Counted from the first letter of the whole stretch, positions 1-11,832 are shown. The stretch: DNA of 63,490 nt, filler included, from Globobulimina sp. (GCA_003354225.1; 45 parts of 45 records of this genome joined end to end with filler, not necessarily neighbours in it), one strand, 5' to 3'. Made by a program: numbers and translations. Notes: generated by a model not told the origin, from the sequence alone.

Positions 1-68
1 GTTAAAAAAAACATTGCCTTCGCAACACCATAATACCAAACACAACCCACAAAAAACAGAAACAAAAA

Positions 69-1065
69 TTGCGAGCAGTATGGAAAAACAAAAATATCGC
101 ACGAATATCCGATGTAACATTGAATCAAATATTAGATTTATTTTCAGTCGCTTTAAATATGCAACAACTTGTCTTATCCGACGGAGTTTGTAAGTTCGCG
201 GCGAATAAATTGTTAATAACCATGTTCTATGAGCCATCCACCAGAACATCCACTTCATTCCAAGCAGCAATGTTAAGATTAGGTGGCAAAGTAATCAATA
301 TTTCCGATGTTAAGTCTTCCTCCGTACCAAGGGGAGAAACGTTAGAAGATACAATGCGATGTTTACAATGTTATACTGATGTTTTAGTGATAAGACATCC
401 ACAAAAAGGTAACATATTATATATATTCCATATGCTTTTTTATTATAATAATTGCCAAAGGAACACCGGATAGAATAATTTCAGCGTTATCAAGCACAGC
501 CAATCCGATCCCGATATTAAATGCCGGCGATGGGAGTGGCGAACATCCGACGCAAGCTTTGTTAGACTTATTTACAATGTACAAAGAGAAGAATTATAAT
601 ATCAACGGATTAACCATAACGTTTGTAGGTGATTTGAAATATGGTCGGACGGTCCACTCATTAGTTCCGGCTTTGTTGTTATTTAAGGATATTTCATTCA
701 ATTTTGTATCCCCAAAACAATTACAGATACCGCAGTATATTAAGAAAGGCATTGATAATTATAAGGAGTCCACGGATTTGAGTGTGGATATATTGTCAGC
801 AACGGATGTTTTGTATGTAACGAGAATACAGAAAGAAAGGTTTAAATCATTGGAGGAATATAATAAAGTAAAAGGATGTTTTGTTATCGACATGGATGTG
901 TTGAAAAATTGTAAATCTGATATGATTGTAATGCATCCGTTGCCGAGGGTTGATGAGATTGCTATGGAGGTGGATAATGATGAGAGAGCCGTCTATTTTA
1001 AACAGATGGAATATGGAATGTATGTTAGAATGGCGTTGTTAGCCTTGGTTTTAGGTGTTTATTAA
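69..1065 (+). CDS. pyrB: Aspartate carbamoyltransferase (ATCase domain, possibly C-terminus of a CAD-like fusion); 2 exons, 5'-incomplete
   Basis: FYEPSTRT, RHP, VGDLKYGRTVHSL and HPLPR motifs. Removing GT-AG intron 409-460 (52 bp) joins RHPQK-G to TPDRII...NAGDGSGEHPTQALLDL in frame. Confidence 0.96.
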
Positions 1066-1315
1066 TTGGAAAAAAAGAGACTTGCTGAATTCATGCCTAA
1101 TTTTTATCTTCACACTAACGATATACAACACCCACATTAAGAGTGAAATGCGAGTCAGAATTGTTAGGTAATTCACAAAAACTTTTTAGATAATTCACAA
1201 AAACTTTTTAGTATTATAGCATGTCAGAATTGTCAGACTCACTGTCTGATCCCATCAAATTCAACAATGAAACGTCACAAAAAAGTCGTAAAAGATCAAA
1301 CCGATTGTATGATAC

Positions 1316-1415
1316 NNNNNNNNNNNNNNNNNNNNNNNNNNNNNNNNNNNNNNNNNNNNTTAATTAATTAANNNNNNNNNNNNNNNNNNNNNNNNNNNNN
1401 NNNNNNNNNNNNNNN
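1316..1415. other. Artificial contig linker N44-TTAATTAATTAA-N44 (first of 44, recurring every ~1413 bp)
   Basis: Identical 100-bp spacer with stops in all six frames, separating size-sorted contigs of 1315-1312 bp. Confidence 0.99.
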
Positions 1416-2259
1416 TGCAATAGTCGACGTAATGAAACGGTGTAATAAAACGGTCTGTTGAACGTTTGGTATCTATTATGTGTTGTACAACGTTCTTTAA
1501 CACGGAAAATGGAAGTCCTGCCCTTGACAATTGTAGTCCGTATTCACTTATTTGGAAATTCACACTGCACAAAGTTTCTTCTGTATCTGTTGGTTTGTCC
1601 AATGTATTTACCGGTTTGTTGACAAATAGCGATGTTGACAAACATTTATTCTCTAGGAACTCCTTTACTGCTGCTTCACTTGCCATTTCTGTTTGGCCAA
1701 TGCAATGGGGTTGTCGATGAACAGTCTCTATATGAAGTTTCCGCTTATCATGATTGCTGAACACTAGTCCACAGCATTGTAATGTTTCTTTGTTGAATAA
1801 GTTTTTGGAACAGTAGGTCACATGATCATTGAAATATCGGGTATATATGCGTCCAGTCCTAGGTTCATCATCGAAAGGAATGTCACAGTAATAACATGTC
1901 AAACCAGGGCTAGTTTTTGGCTCCTTGCCTTTATGAAGTCTGTTAGTATGACGTTTTAAATGAGTTCTTTTCACACCTTTAAAGCAATGCCCACAAGTAG
2001 TATTAACATGTTTGTGAATGTTTCCAAGATGGATTGCCAAATTCTTTACATACTTTTTACATTTACGACAGAAATTACTTTCTACTATATAGGGGATGGT
2101 AGGCGAAATAGGAGCGGCTTTTGCCTTTGCCTTTAAAATAATTTGTTTTGCCAGTTGATCGGCCAAAATCGAATTTCTACATTCTTGCTGAGCTCCTTCA
2201 CTCTGCAATTCAGCCGTTGAACATGATGGTTCCATTACAGATCCACAAATAAGTTTCAA
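1416..2259 (-). CDS. Multi C2H2 zinc-finger protein, 3'-truncated
   Basis: CxxC-x12-HxxxxH-like units: CRKC..HLGNIH, CGHC..HTNRLH, CYYC..HVTYC, CCG..HIETVH. Confidence 0.7.
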
Positions 2260-2443
2260 TCCAAGTTACCTAGAATGAGAATGCCGAATTATGTAGGTAT
2301 ATTTTTTAGTAGAACCAGCTCATCTCATGTCATCGTTAAAAGAATATTGGTTAACATTTTAAATGTTTAAGCTGATTTAACAGTTAAAATGCTTTAGCTT
2401 TGAGTGAATATAAATGTGGTCTGTATTTGCCAAAAGAACCATG

Positions 2444-2729
2444 TTACTGTATTTTCATTATCATAAATGAAATAGCTATACTTGAACACCCGTAAATTAT
2501 CTTTTAATACGTTAGCTATTAAGTGTTTAGTTTTCGTGCCAGGACCGAATATTACTGTATTTTCATTATCATAAATGAAATAGTGATACTCGATTACCCA
2601 TAAATAATAATTTTATACCTTATCTATAAAATGTTTACTTTTCGTGTCAGGACATAAGTTGAGGATACACGATTACACCATATATGATAATTTTATACCT
2701 TAGCTATATAATGTTTAGTTTTCGTGTGA
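2444..2729. repeat. Imperfect ~108-bp tandem repeat (two copies plus a partial)
   Basis: TTACTGTATTTTCATTATCATAAATGAAATAG at 2444 and 2552; TGTTTA(G/C)TTTTCGTG recurs three times. Confidence 0.8.
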
Positions 2730-2829
2730 NNNNNNNNNNNNNNNNNNNNNNNNNNNNNNNNNNNNNNNNNNNNTTAATTAATTAANNNNNNNNNNNNNNN
2801 NNNNNNNNNNNNNNNNNNNNNNNNNNNNN

Positions 2830-3703
2830 TCTTCGTCATTTGTATCACTGTCGACGATGCGTTTGGATGCCGGCGAATTCCACATTATTTTAGTTTTATT
2901 TTTTGCTTTCGCATTTTTTGTGTGTAAGGCGGCGACGATGTTAATTATGTCCCGTGCTGAGTTTGTATCATTTCTTCGTGCTTTTTTTGTGGGCGGTTTT
3001 GAATCTCTTTCAGTCCCAATTTCGGCCAGTTTTCTGTGTAAAAAAAGCAAGGACCACTCATATTATATCGGTGAGGGAAATGCGTACCGTTTGTGTGTGC
3101 TTTTTGTGTCGGTGTCTGGTACAATGTACCCATCGATTTCTTCGCTTTCGGATTCATCATCGTCTTGATTGGATTCATCATCTTCGAATTTGCTTTTATG
3201 CAAACAAGTGGACGTTGATCTAAGTTGGACAGAGTCCGATTGTGGAGAATTTGGATGGTTTGGCTCTGGATTTGATAAATCTTTCATAACGACATCGGTA
3301 TCGTGTTGTGTTTGAGTGTGGATAGTTAGCTTAGATTGTGAGACTTGCGTTGGTGTGTTCTATATGTATTTTTTATGTATGTGATGGTAAGGAAAGGTGC
3401 GAGGATAAATCATAAAATATAGTGTACATTGCAAGGATTTGGCGGCGAGTCACTAGAATTTACGGATTGGGTGTCTGGTGTTTCGGTGTTGTGTGTATCA
3501 TTTGTATGTGTTGGTGGTGGTAGTGGTTGAATAGCAATGGGATGAGAACTAGGTTCGTTTTGTGGGTTGTGAGTGTTGAGAGGAATGAGGTTGTTTTGTG
3601 TGGGATCGGATTGGTTTTTTATCATCGGATTTACGGATGGATTTTGGCTGTCTTCATCTGATAATGAGCGAGCTGTGTTGTCTTTGTTGGGGATTGTCGC
3701 CAT
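2830..3703 (-). CDS. Low-complexity (N/P/T- and D/E-rich) hypothetical protein, probably multi-exon
   Basis: ATG at 3703 and three consecutive minus-strand ORF segments with protein-like bias; exon boundaries not resolved. Confidence 0.4.
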
Positions 3704-3806
3704 GGTTTTAACATTTATTTAAAACAAGTTTTTGTTACCACACATCTTTTCCCATCAGAGTATCAGAACGCAATCTCCTTTAGTCAATACACGCTATTAA
3801 ATTACC

Positions 3807-4143
3807 ATGGAATGTGATAAATTTTTCGAAGCAATGTCAAAATTGATTGGTGAACAGGAATTTGATGAAGATATTACATCGACATTTCAATTTGAATGTA
3901 GCAAAAACGGGCAAACAAGCAAATGGGTCATCGATCCAGCAAATAAGAAAATAATTCGCGGCGGCATTGATGAGCCAACGTGTACGTTTGCGATGACTGA
4001 TGAGGATTTCGTTAAATTGATGCAAAAAGAAGTTCAGGCTGCGGAGTTATTTATGACTGGAAGATTGAAATTGGAGTTAAATATCTTATATTTGCGATTT
4101 TGCGAAGTAAAAATTAATTGATATACATAGCGGTGATATGGGA
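3807..4143 (+). CDS. SCP2 sterol-binding domain protein, 3'-truncated
   Basis: W.ID...PTCTFAMTDEDFVKLM..ELFMTGRLKL. Removing intron 4076-4130 (55 bp) gives GRLKLDGDMG, the SCP2 consensus. Confidence 0.9.
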
Positions 4144-4399
4144 NNNNNNNNNNNNNNNNNNNNNNNNNNNNNNNNNNNNNNNNNNNNTTAATTAATTAAN
4201 NNNNNNNNNNNNNNNNNNNNNNNNNNNNNNNNNNNNNNNNNNNACCAGGTAAACAATATTTCTAGTTCAAAGTTATATCATGTTGTATGTTTTTCTGGGG
4301 AAATTTTTATGTTTTGGTCGTGATTACACTTAATCAGTATTTCAATGTTACATCATTCATTCAATTTATCATTTCGCGTTGATTAAACTTTGATATTTC

Positions 4400-5500
4400 A
4401 GTGCTCTGATACGACATTGATTACATTTTGAGCAACAATTCAATGCATAAGCATTATTTCAATTTCTTGAGTGTGGTTTTTTCGATAAACTTGTATATTT
4501 CCTATAGTTTTAAATTTCTTTGGCACTGTACTTCTCTGGCTTTATTTCAATTTTTGAGCGCCAATTATGTAATAGCATTCGATCTGGAATCGTTTCAATT
4601 TTTCGATCGGCGTCGAATAAACCTTGATTTTGAATGTACGGACCTCTATTACATTCTACTATTTTTAGATGCTACTTCAATTTCTGTGGCTCAGTTTCTG
4701 CATTAAATCAGTGAATATAAAGAATATAAAGGTTTCTTAGTTAGATATACCTAACTGCGATACATTTTGTGATGTTGATTCAATTAATTTTTTTATTATT
4801 TTGGCGCTGATTATATTTTCTTGGTGTCACAGGGTTCTAATGCCTTGTCAATTTCTCTGGTGTTATTTCAATTTTTGGGCGCCGATTATACGGCGTTCGA
4901 TATTTCTGGCATGGTTTGAATGTTTAATTTCATTTGGCTACATTTGAATTGCATCAATTACATTTTGATTGGATCATCCATCATTTCAATCAAATTCTTT
5001 GGCAATGTTACAATTTCATGTGGCGCCGATTGCATTTTAATGGGATTGTGGGAAAGATTCAAAATATTGGGCGCTGTTTCAATTTCCTGGGTGCCATTTC
5101 TATGTTAAATCACACTTTGTACCATGTTTTGAGTGTTGATTCCACTAATTTTGATGTCAGTTCTATAGTTTTTAACGTCGCTCACTAAAAAATACAGAAT
5201 ATATGAACGCAGTTTGTATGAAATTTAGTGTAATACCATAGCACGGGCGCTATTTGTATAACTAGGACAATAGGGGGAAAGCTGGGTAATCATATAGTAA
5301 TTGCGATGTTACTTTTCTGACTTTTAACATTTTATAAAATAACTTTATATAAATAACCGTTTATTCAAAATTCTATTGTCCTGACACATTTTCAATAATT
5401 AATTCAATATTCAAACATTGCATCGTTTACATTTTGTCTGGATCATCCATCATTTCAATCAAGTTCTTGGGCGCTGAACATTGTATTATGGAATCATATC
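4400..5500 (-). pseudogene. Degenerate, internally repeated protein-coding sequence (IKMQSAP / EIETAP-like repeats)
   Basis: Repeated blocks at 4958-5005 and 5428-5475, intron-like AT tracts, in-frame TAA codons and frameshifts. Confidence 0.45.
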
Positions 5501-5657
5501 GCGCACTCTTTGATGAAACGATGTTACCTACTTAGCTAAAGCATGCTTTAATATGTTNNNNNNNNNNNNNNNNNNNNNNNNNNNNNNNNNNNNNNNNNNN
5601 NTTAATTAATTAANNNNNNNNNNNNNNNNNNNNNNNNNNNNNNNNNNNNNNNNNNNN

Positions 5658-6053
5658 TTGCGACGGTTATCTTTGGGAAATAACGGGCTATTCGTTTCTG
5701 GTCTGACTGAAGAAAGTGTGACCAAATTATTCCAAAACTGCAAACATTTACAATACCTGGATTTGAGTGAAAATAAGTTGAATGATTCTGACATGAAAAT
5801 ATTTATTCGAGCATTAACATATTTGGCCGAGAAGAAAGATGTAGAAACTGCACAATTTTATGTTACCAACTTTGAATATTTGGATGTGTCAAACAATGCG
5901 ATTACACGAATGAAACCCATCTATAAATTCAGTCGAATGCATGGAAATATCGACGTGTTGTGTGAAGGAAATGATTTTGACGACAATGAATTTGATAGAA
6001 TGAAAAGTGTAATCGGTGTAAATGCATTAATGAATGAAATGATTGGAAGTTAA
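5658..6053 (+). CDS. Leucine-rich repeat (RI-like) protein, C-terminal fragment
   Basis: LRRLSLGNN, LQYLDLSENKL, FEYLDVSNNAI. Confidence 0.85.
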   Translation: MRRLSLGNNGLFVSGLTEESVTKLFQNCKHLQYLDLSENKLNDSDMKIFIRALTYLAEKKDVETAQFYVTNFEYLDVSNNAITRMKPIYKFSRMHGNIDVLCEGNDFDDNEFDRMKSVIGVNALMNEMIGS

Positions 6054-6198
6054 ACTGTTAACAATCACAAATTCAGAATTACGTTTCCCTAAAACTGCTG
6101 TTTCCTTGTATTTGTTCCCATAATTACATGAATGTAATAAACCAAATGTTTATATATCAAATGCAAATAATACATTCATAAAATAATATCTTGTGTGT

Positions 6199-6271
6199 GG
6201 GGTACTGGCGCAATCGGAAGCGCGTAACGTTCGCAACGTTAAGGCACCGGGATCGAAACCCGGGTACTCCA
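6199..6271 (+). tRNA. tRNA-Ala (anticodon CGC)
   Basis: Acceptor stem GGGGTAC/GTACTCC with G3:U70; D stem GCGC/GCGC; anticodon arm TAACG-TTCGCAA-CGTTA; T arm CCGGG-ATCGAAA-CCCGG; discriminator A; no encoded CCA. Confidence 0.96.
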
Positions 6272-6294
6272 CTTCTACTGATTGGAAATCTAAC

Positions 6295-6300
6295 TTTTTT
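6295..6300 (+). terminator. Probable Pol III T-run terminator of tRNA-Ala
   Basis: TTTTTT starts 24 nt downstream of the tRNA. Confidence 0.6.
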
Positions 6301-6340
6301 GGACAAATTCATTGATATTATGTTATGCGTCTGTCTTTCT

Positions 6341-6805
6341 TTAATTTAAAAGTTTAATTGCTTGATTCACATCTTTTTGCCTTATCCCATGAAATACGCT
6401 CGTATTTACGAAATGGTCATGGAATAATTTACTGTATTTGATCAAATTATAATCATCGATACTAATCCAGTTCTTGATTTTGTATTTTTTCTTTGCGCCC
6501 AATAAATATGATTCTATTTCATGAACTCTGTTCTTTTCCGGTTTTTGATATCGTTGTAAAAAGTCTGTGCAATCCATATATTCCATTCCATATTGATTCA
6601 AACTATTTGATAATCTGTTTAATTTCTTGGATGTAGTTCTCCATGACGAAGAAATCACAATCTTTGCATTTGTTGTCTCAATTATTTCTTGTAACAATGC
6701 CAATTTATCACCATCAATACATCCATTTGTATCCTTACAATTCAACACACCATCAACATCGAGAAAAACAATTGAAATTATTTCCTTGTTTGGTGCGTTT
6801 CCCAT
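6341..6805 (-). CDS. HAD-family phosphatase, Swiss-Army-Knife RNA-repair-like (HAD_SAK_2)
   Basis: FLDVDGVLN, IVISSSWR and WISIDD motifs; complete intronless ORF starting MG. Confidence 0.85.
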   Translation of the reverse strand: MGNAPNKEIISIVFLDVDGVLNCKDTNGCIDGDKLALLQEIIETTNAKIVISSSWRTTSKKLNRLSNSLNQYGMEYMDCTDFLQRYQKPEKNRVHEIESYLLGAKKKYKIKNWISIDDYNLIKYSKLFHDHFVNTSVFHGIRQKDVNQAIKLLN

Positions 6806-7510
6806 GGATATTTATTTCATACTTAACCCAAAAACTCACTTCATTTCACATCACTTGGCCACTGGGAGCATCTCGTCTAAGTCTAGAATATTTAGCACCA
6901 TCATATACTGCACCATACGCAATACAAATGTCATACGCCTATTTATTTAAATACATCATTATTGGAGATACNNNNNNNNNNNNNNNNNNNNNNNNNNNNN
7001 NNNNNNNNNNNNNNNTTAATTAATTAANNNNNNNNNNNNNNNNNNNNNNNNNNNNNNNNNNNNNNNNNNNNTTTAACCAATGGCCATTGGTTAAAGATTA
7101 TTACATCAAAGCATGTCAAAGTCAATAAAATAAACTAAAAATATACAAGTGATAACACATTAATTATCACTATTTATTATAACAAACAACAACCATCAAT
7201 TTATTATTTAAAATGATAACATTTTTTTGAGTTGGAAAGCAGTTTTTTCGTTTTCCTTTGTATACATTTTCTGAGTTAAATTGATATTTAAACGCTGTCC
7301 TGGACTTGAGAACAAAATAAAATATCACAAATTGTTGTAAAAATATAGACAAACATACTATTAATGTGTACAAAATGAACAAAAAACCGGGGAAAAAACA
7401 AAAAAACTGCTTTCCAGCCACATATGTACACAAACCATTCTTATAATATACGAAATGTGTAGCTCCATCTAAAAATCCAATAATAACCATAGATGCCAAT
7501 AGAGATAATA

Positions 7511-7920
7511 TAAAATAATTATATGCCACAGATGAAGCGGCTTCGCCGCTTGCCATAATACGAAATATAAAATAAGTCTATGTCCATAGATGAAGCGGCT
7601 TCGCCGCTTGTCATAATACCAAAAAAATAGTTCTATGCTATAGATGAAGCGGCTTCGCCGCTTGCCATAATATCAAATATAAATAGTATAAAATAATTAT
7701 GTCCCATAGATGAAGCGGCTTCGCCGCTTGTCATAATATCAAAAAAATAATTCTATGCTAGATGAAGCGGCTTCGCCGCTTGCAATAAATACCAAATATA
7801 TAGTTCTTCGCTTGCCAGTATAAATAATATAAAATAGTTCTGTGCCCATTGATGAATCGGTCGCCGCTTGCCATAATACCAAATATAAAATAATTCTATG
7901 GCCATAGAAGTAGCGGACGT
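7511..7920. repeat. Tandem array of 52-66-bp units, each carrying the hairpin AAGCGGC-TTC-GCCGCTT
   Basis: GATGAAGCGGCTTCGCCGCTTG is exact at 7531, 7589, 7643, 7709 and 7761, with degenerate copies near 7806, 7851 and 7905. Confidence 0.95.
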
Positions 7921-8525
7921 GCGATGTAATAAAATTAATAATATGGATGTACATTACGAATGATATTCAGATACTAGTCATAGAAACGAGAAAAGATGGA
8001 TGTGAGTTGTTTAGTGAGTTGCTTAAGTAAAAAAACATTAATCTATCAGCATCTTGGTTTATCGCTCAATCCCAACGCAGACTCTGTATACACATAAAAA
8101 ACAAGTCACAGTCACACGATAAATACAGTACACAACAAAGCAAACAACACAAATCAAAATATTTATAGAAACACCCACCCACACAACCGCCACCACCACC
8201 ACCGCCCGCCACCCAAAACTGCTATTCCAACGCTAAAAAAATGTTATCAATTAATAACCATTAGATAGAGTATGGAATTATTATGTATTTGAATGAGAGA
8301 GATTGGCCCAATCATGAATTTAATGTGCTGAGAGATGAATATAATGATTGTATGAGACATGTGGGATGTGAGGCGCTACGCGCCANNNNNNNNNNNNNNN
8401 NNNNNNNNNNNNNNNNNNNNNNNNNNNNNTTAATTAATTAANNNNNNNNNNNNNNNNNNNNNNNNNNNNNNNNNNNNNNNNNNNNAGGTACCAGCTGTTT
8501 TTAATCTTTTGGTATTTTACGAGTA

Positions 8526-9680
8526 ATGCTGTCTTTCTTTACAGAGGGATTATTGCAGTGCCAAATGTTATTCTTATTCGCGAATACTGGATTGATCACA
8601 TTAATTGCAATCGCGAATGCATCCTATTTGTACCATTCATTTTCCAAATTAACATTAAGCACAATAAGTAAATCTACCTCGCTTTTAACATTGCCTGATC
8701 GCAAAAACAATAAAGCTCATACAATGGATTCAACTGTGTCGATCATCACATTCTCGCCAAACACACCCAATATTCACTATCAATCCTTTAACAAGAATCG
8801 TGTCATTAACTTTTTTAAAATCACGCCGTGGATGCCGTTATTCATTAGTTATATTTCATTGTACAGTGCAATATTCCCTGAAAACGCAATATGGGTTATA
8901 CCATTCCAAAACATTGTCATTGGATTTGCATTTCTGTTCTATATCCAAATACTTATTATTTCCTGTGATGGATGGTTTATTCTTCAGCATTATTTGCAAT
9001 CCGAGTCAGACCGTTGTTGCGTTTCTAAGAAGCACAAACATAAAATGCGAGTAAACCGGAAATCTTCATTGGTGAAATCCAATTATTCGCACAGCAAAAA
9101 GCATGGATGTTGTATCCGAGCCGATGCGTATTTAGGACTAAAATTTAAGATCAAATTATGTTATTTGATATTGTTAACACCCATTTTGAATTACTGTACT
9201 GTTTATTTTCAATATTATTACAACATTGCATTGATAGCATACATTTTGAACATTTTAACTATGTTCACGTCGGGCATTATACCCATTACGTTGGTAGTTT
9301 ATATTCATAAGTTATTAAAATCATATTCGAAGATTAGTAATACAAATATTAAATTGATGGTTGTTATTTGGTTGTCGCCATTGTGCCAATTGCAAGGCTC
9401 TCTCATTGCATTTCTCTTTGATATACAACTGATACCAAATGAGAATACTTTTTTTAATCCTAAGTTGCCGTGCAAGTATGAATGGCCTTGTTTGTACGGA
9501 GTGGTTATGTGCATGGAGATGCTGATAATATCTGTAATTGTGACATGCAAAGTATTTCCAGCGAGTGATTTGATTTTATGGGATAGATTGGATGCATTAA
9601 TGAGACAACGTGGGAATAGCGAAGTTAGCATCAATGTCGGAGTTACTGTCATGGAGTCAGACAGTGAAGAGTCTCCTTGA
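8526..9680 (+). CDS. Multi-pass membrane protein, OSTalpha/TMEM184 organic solute transporter-like
   Basis: About 7 hydrophobic segments; C-terminal K..V.W....Q and CMEM.I......VF pattern typical of Solute_trans_a. Confidence 0.6.
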   Translation: MLSFFTEGLLQCQMLFLFANTGLITLIAIANASYLYHSFSKLTLSTISKSTSLLTLPDRKNNKAHTMDSTVSIITFSPNTPNIHYQSFNKNRVINFFKITPWMPLFISYISLYSAIFPENAIWVIPFQNIVIGFAFLFYIQILIISCDGWFILQHYLQSESDRCCVSKKHKHKMRVNRKSSLVKSNYSHSKKHGCCIRADAYLGLKFKIKLCYLILLTPILNYCTVYFQYYYNIALIAYILNILTMFTSGIIPITLVVYIHKLLKSYSKISNTNIKLMVVIWLSPLCQLQGSLIAFLFDIQLIPNENTFFNPKLPCKYEWPCLYGVVMCMEMLIISVIVTCKVFPASDLILWDRLDALMRQRGNSEVSINVGVTVMESDSEESP

Positions 9681-9899
9681 CTGAATTAAATATCTTTTTT
9701 TTTTTGAGTTTAAAACATTATTTATCGTCCAAAATTGCAGTGTCGCCACAAAATCATCATCGGAATTTTGATATTTTCATATTTCCATAGGAATTCTACN
9801 NNNNNNNNNNNNNNNNNNNNNNNNNNNNNNNNNNNNNNNNNNNTTAATTAATTAANNNNNNNNNNNNNNNNNNNNNNNNNNNNNNNNNNNNNNNNNNNN

Positions 9900-11182
9900 T
9901 GTTAATTGTTTGCTATAACTCTGGTTTCTCGATGATAATTTCTCATTCGTTACACGTAAATTCTTTGTTTTTTTATAGTTTTTGTGCAAATGAATATATT
10001 TCTCCTTCAATTGCTTATATTTGTTACGCAATTTATCGGCATCGTCGTGCCTCACATTCTCGCGCACATCGTCGAAATGATAGTCACTAATATTTAATGA
10101 GGCACTTTTGCTCTTTACAGCGACTAAGGATGGACGGGGCACATATTTCGTGTGCGGCGAGTTTTGAATGTCGGTTTCTATGATTTGCGAGACCGCGCTT
10201 TGGTGCTTAATCATGTCTTGCATGGCCATAAATTCTGGATCGCCCATGGAGGCGATGGATGTTTGCTGTTGTAACTCATCCAATATTTGACTCACTGAAC
10301 TGGATGGCACTGCTTGTGGAGGTGGTGGCGGTGCGTGCGGTGAGCGTTGTTTTTCTTCAGTCTGTGTTTGTGTGGCAGGTAATTTAAATGACACTTTTGG
10401 TTTGGGACTGGTTGAGGGTAATTGTTCAAATTGGTGGTAGTTTATAGTATTAACATTTTCTTCTGGGGTCCACATTGGTGATGGTGTTTCGGTGGTGGAT
10501 TGTGAGTATATTTGGACGCCAGGATTGAAAGCTCGTTTTTTGAATTTGGGCACTGGTTTAATGGCGGGGTTGGCTCCGTAGCCTCCTCCACTGTGTTGTG
10601 GTGGGGTGGTGTCCTTAGAGCCTATGGATGGGGTACCTTGGTTTTCTAACTGCGCGTATGTTACAGCTGAATAGCAATAGCACAACAACAACAAATAAAA
10701 TTGGAAAATCAAGATAGAGAATGGACTGTTGTAAACTGTTGGGTGATTTCTGCTTTTTTCTTTCAGCCATGAGTCAGTACTGAGGCAAAACTTTTTAGCT
10801 AACAAAAAACACTTCGATTTGTATGATTTCTTAAATTATGGATACAATAAAAGTAAGGAACTAAACACAACGTAGCAATCATATTAAATAAATACCAACA
10901 GTATGAACTTTTTAGTGGATTTTTGATGAACTTTTTTGCCATAAGATACCCCAAAATGCCATTAAATATACATCCAAACCACCAAACTGTGGCCATACTA
11001 TATACTAATTGGGATTGATACAAACGAATTGTTGTTAATAAAGTGGCAATCAAACAAATTGGAATATTACATTTTGGATAAAATAAATGTGCCCATCCAT
11101 TGATCATTTGATTGCTGGTAATTACGAAAGAAAAACAAAATAACGATAAAACTATCAATATAGAATTGATTTGATTTTCCAA
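9900..11182 (-). CDS. Membrane protein with Pro-rich linker and coiled-coil tail; 2 exons, truncated
   Basis: Intron 10799-10845 (47 bp, GT-AG) joins ORF 10799..11182 to ORF 9852..10805 in frame. Confidence 0.7.
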
Positions 11183-11313
11183 TGAAAAAAAAGTTTTATC
11201 AGTTTCATTTAAANNNNNNNNNNNNNNNNNNNNNNNNNNNNNNNNNNNNNNNNNNNNTTAATTAATTAANNNNNNNNNNNNNNNNNNNNNNNNNNNNNNN
11301 NNNNNNNNNNNNN

Positions 11314-11612
11314 CTGGTTCCGATGGTGATCGAACTGATTTGAAATGTTGTGGTATCTTTTATATGTGGAATGGTTATAATAGGAAATTAAAAGGCTATG
11401 TAAATGGAACGATGACATTAAATCAAGGAAATGCAATACGGATAGTAGCAGTGAATGATGTAATTACAATGACATTGGATTGTAATCAGTGGACATTGGC
11501 TTTTACAAGAAATGATGAAAAAGTTGGAACAATGAATATTCTACAGAACAATGTATATCATCCATGCATTTATACGTGTTCTTGTAAACAACAAAAATTT
11601 GAATTAGTGTGA
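11314..11612 (+). CDS. SPRY/B30.2-like domain, C-terminal fragment
   Basis: NDVITMTLDCNQWTLAFTRND...YHPCI resembles the SPRY C-terminal strands. Confidence 0.7.
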
Positions 11613-11832
11613 TATTTGAATTTATGATTATTAAATTTTCTGCAGTTCAAAAAAAGAATGTTCTAACAAATATCCCAACGGATATAAGTTGTATAGAAAT
11701 CAACATATTTGTATATATTTCGCTCCGTTTATGCAAACTCAAAACAACAAAGTTATAGCAAAGTCCAATGGGATATATACCGTCAAACGGATTCAATTTC
11801 AGATTGCAAATCGACATAAATTCCGATCCAAT

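Noticed and set aside
7511..7920. CRISPR array
   Set aside because: The spacers are homologous to each other (CATAATA..AAATA..TTCTATG), the context is eukaryote-like and no cas genes are present.
7170..7954. Minus-strand ORFs containing ASGEAASS
   Set aside because: Translations of the hairpin repeat and AT-rich flank.
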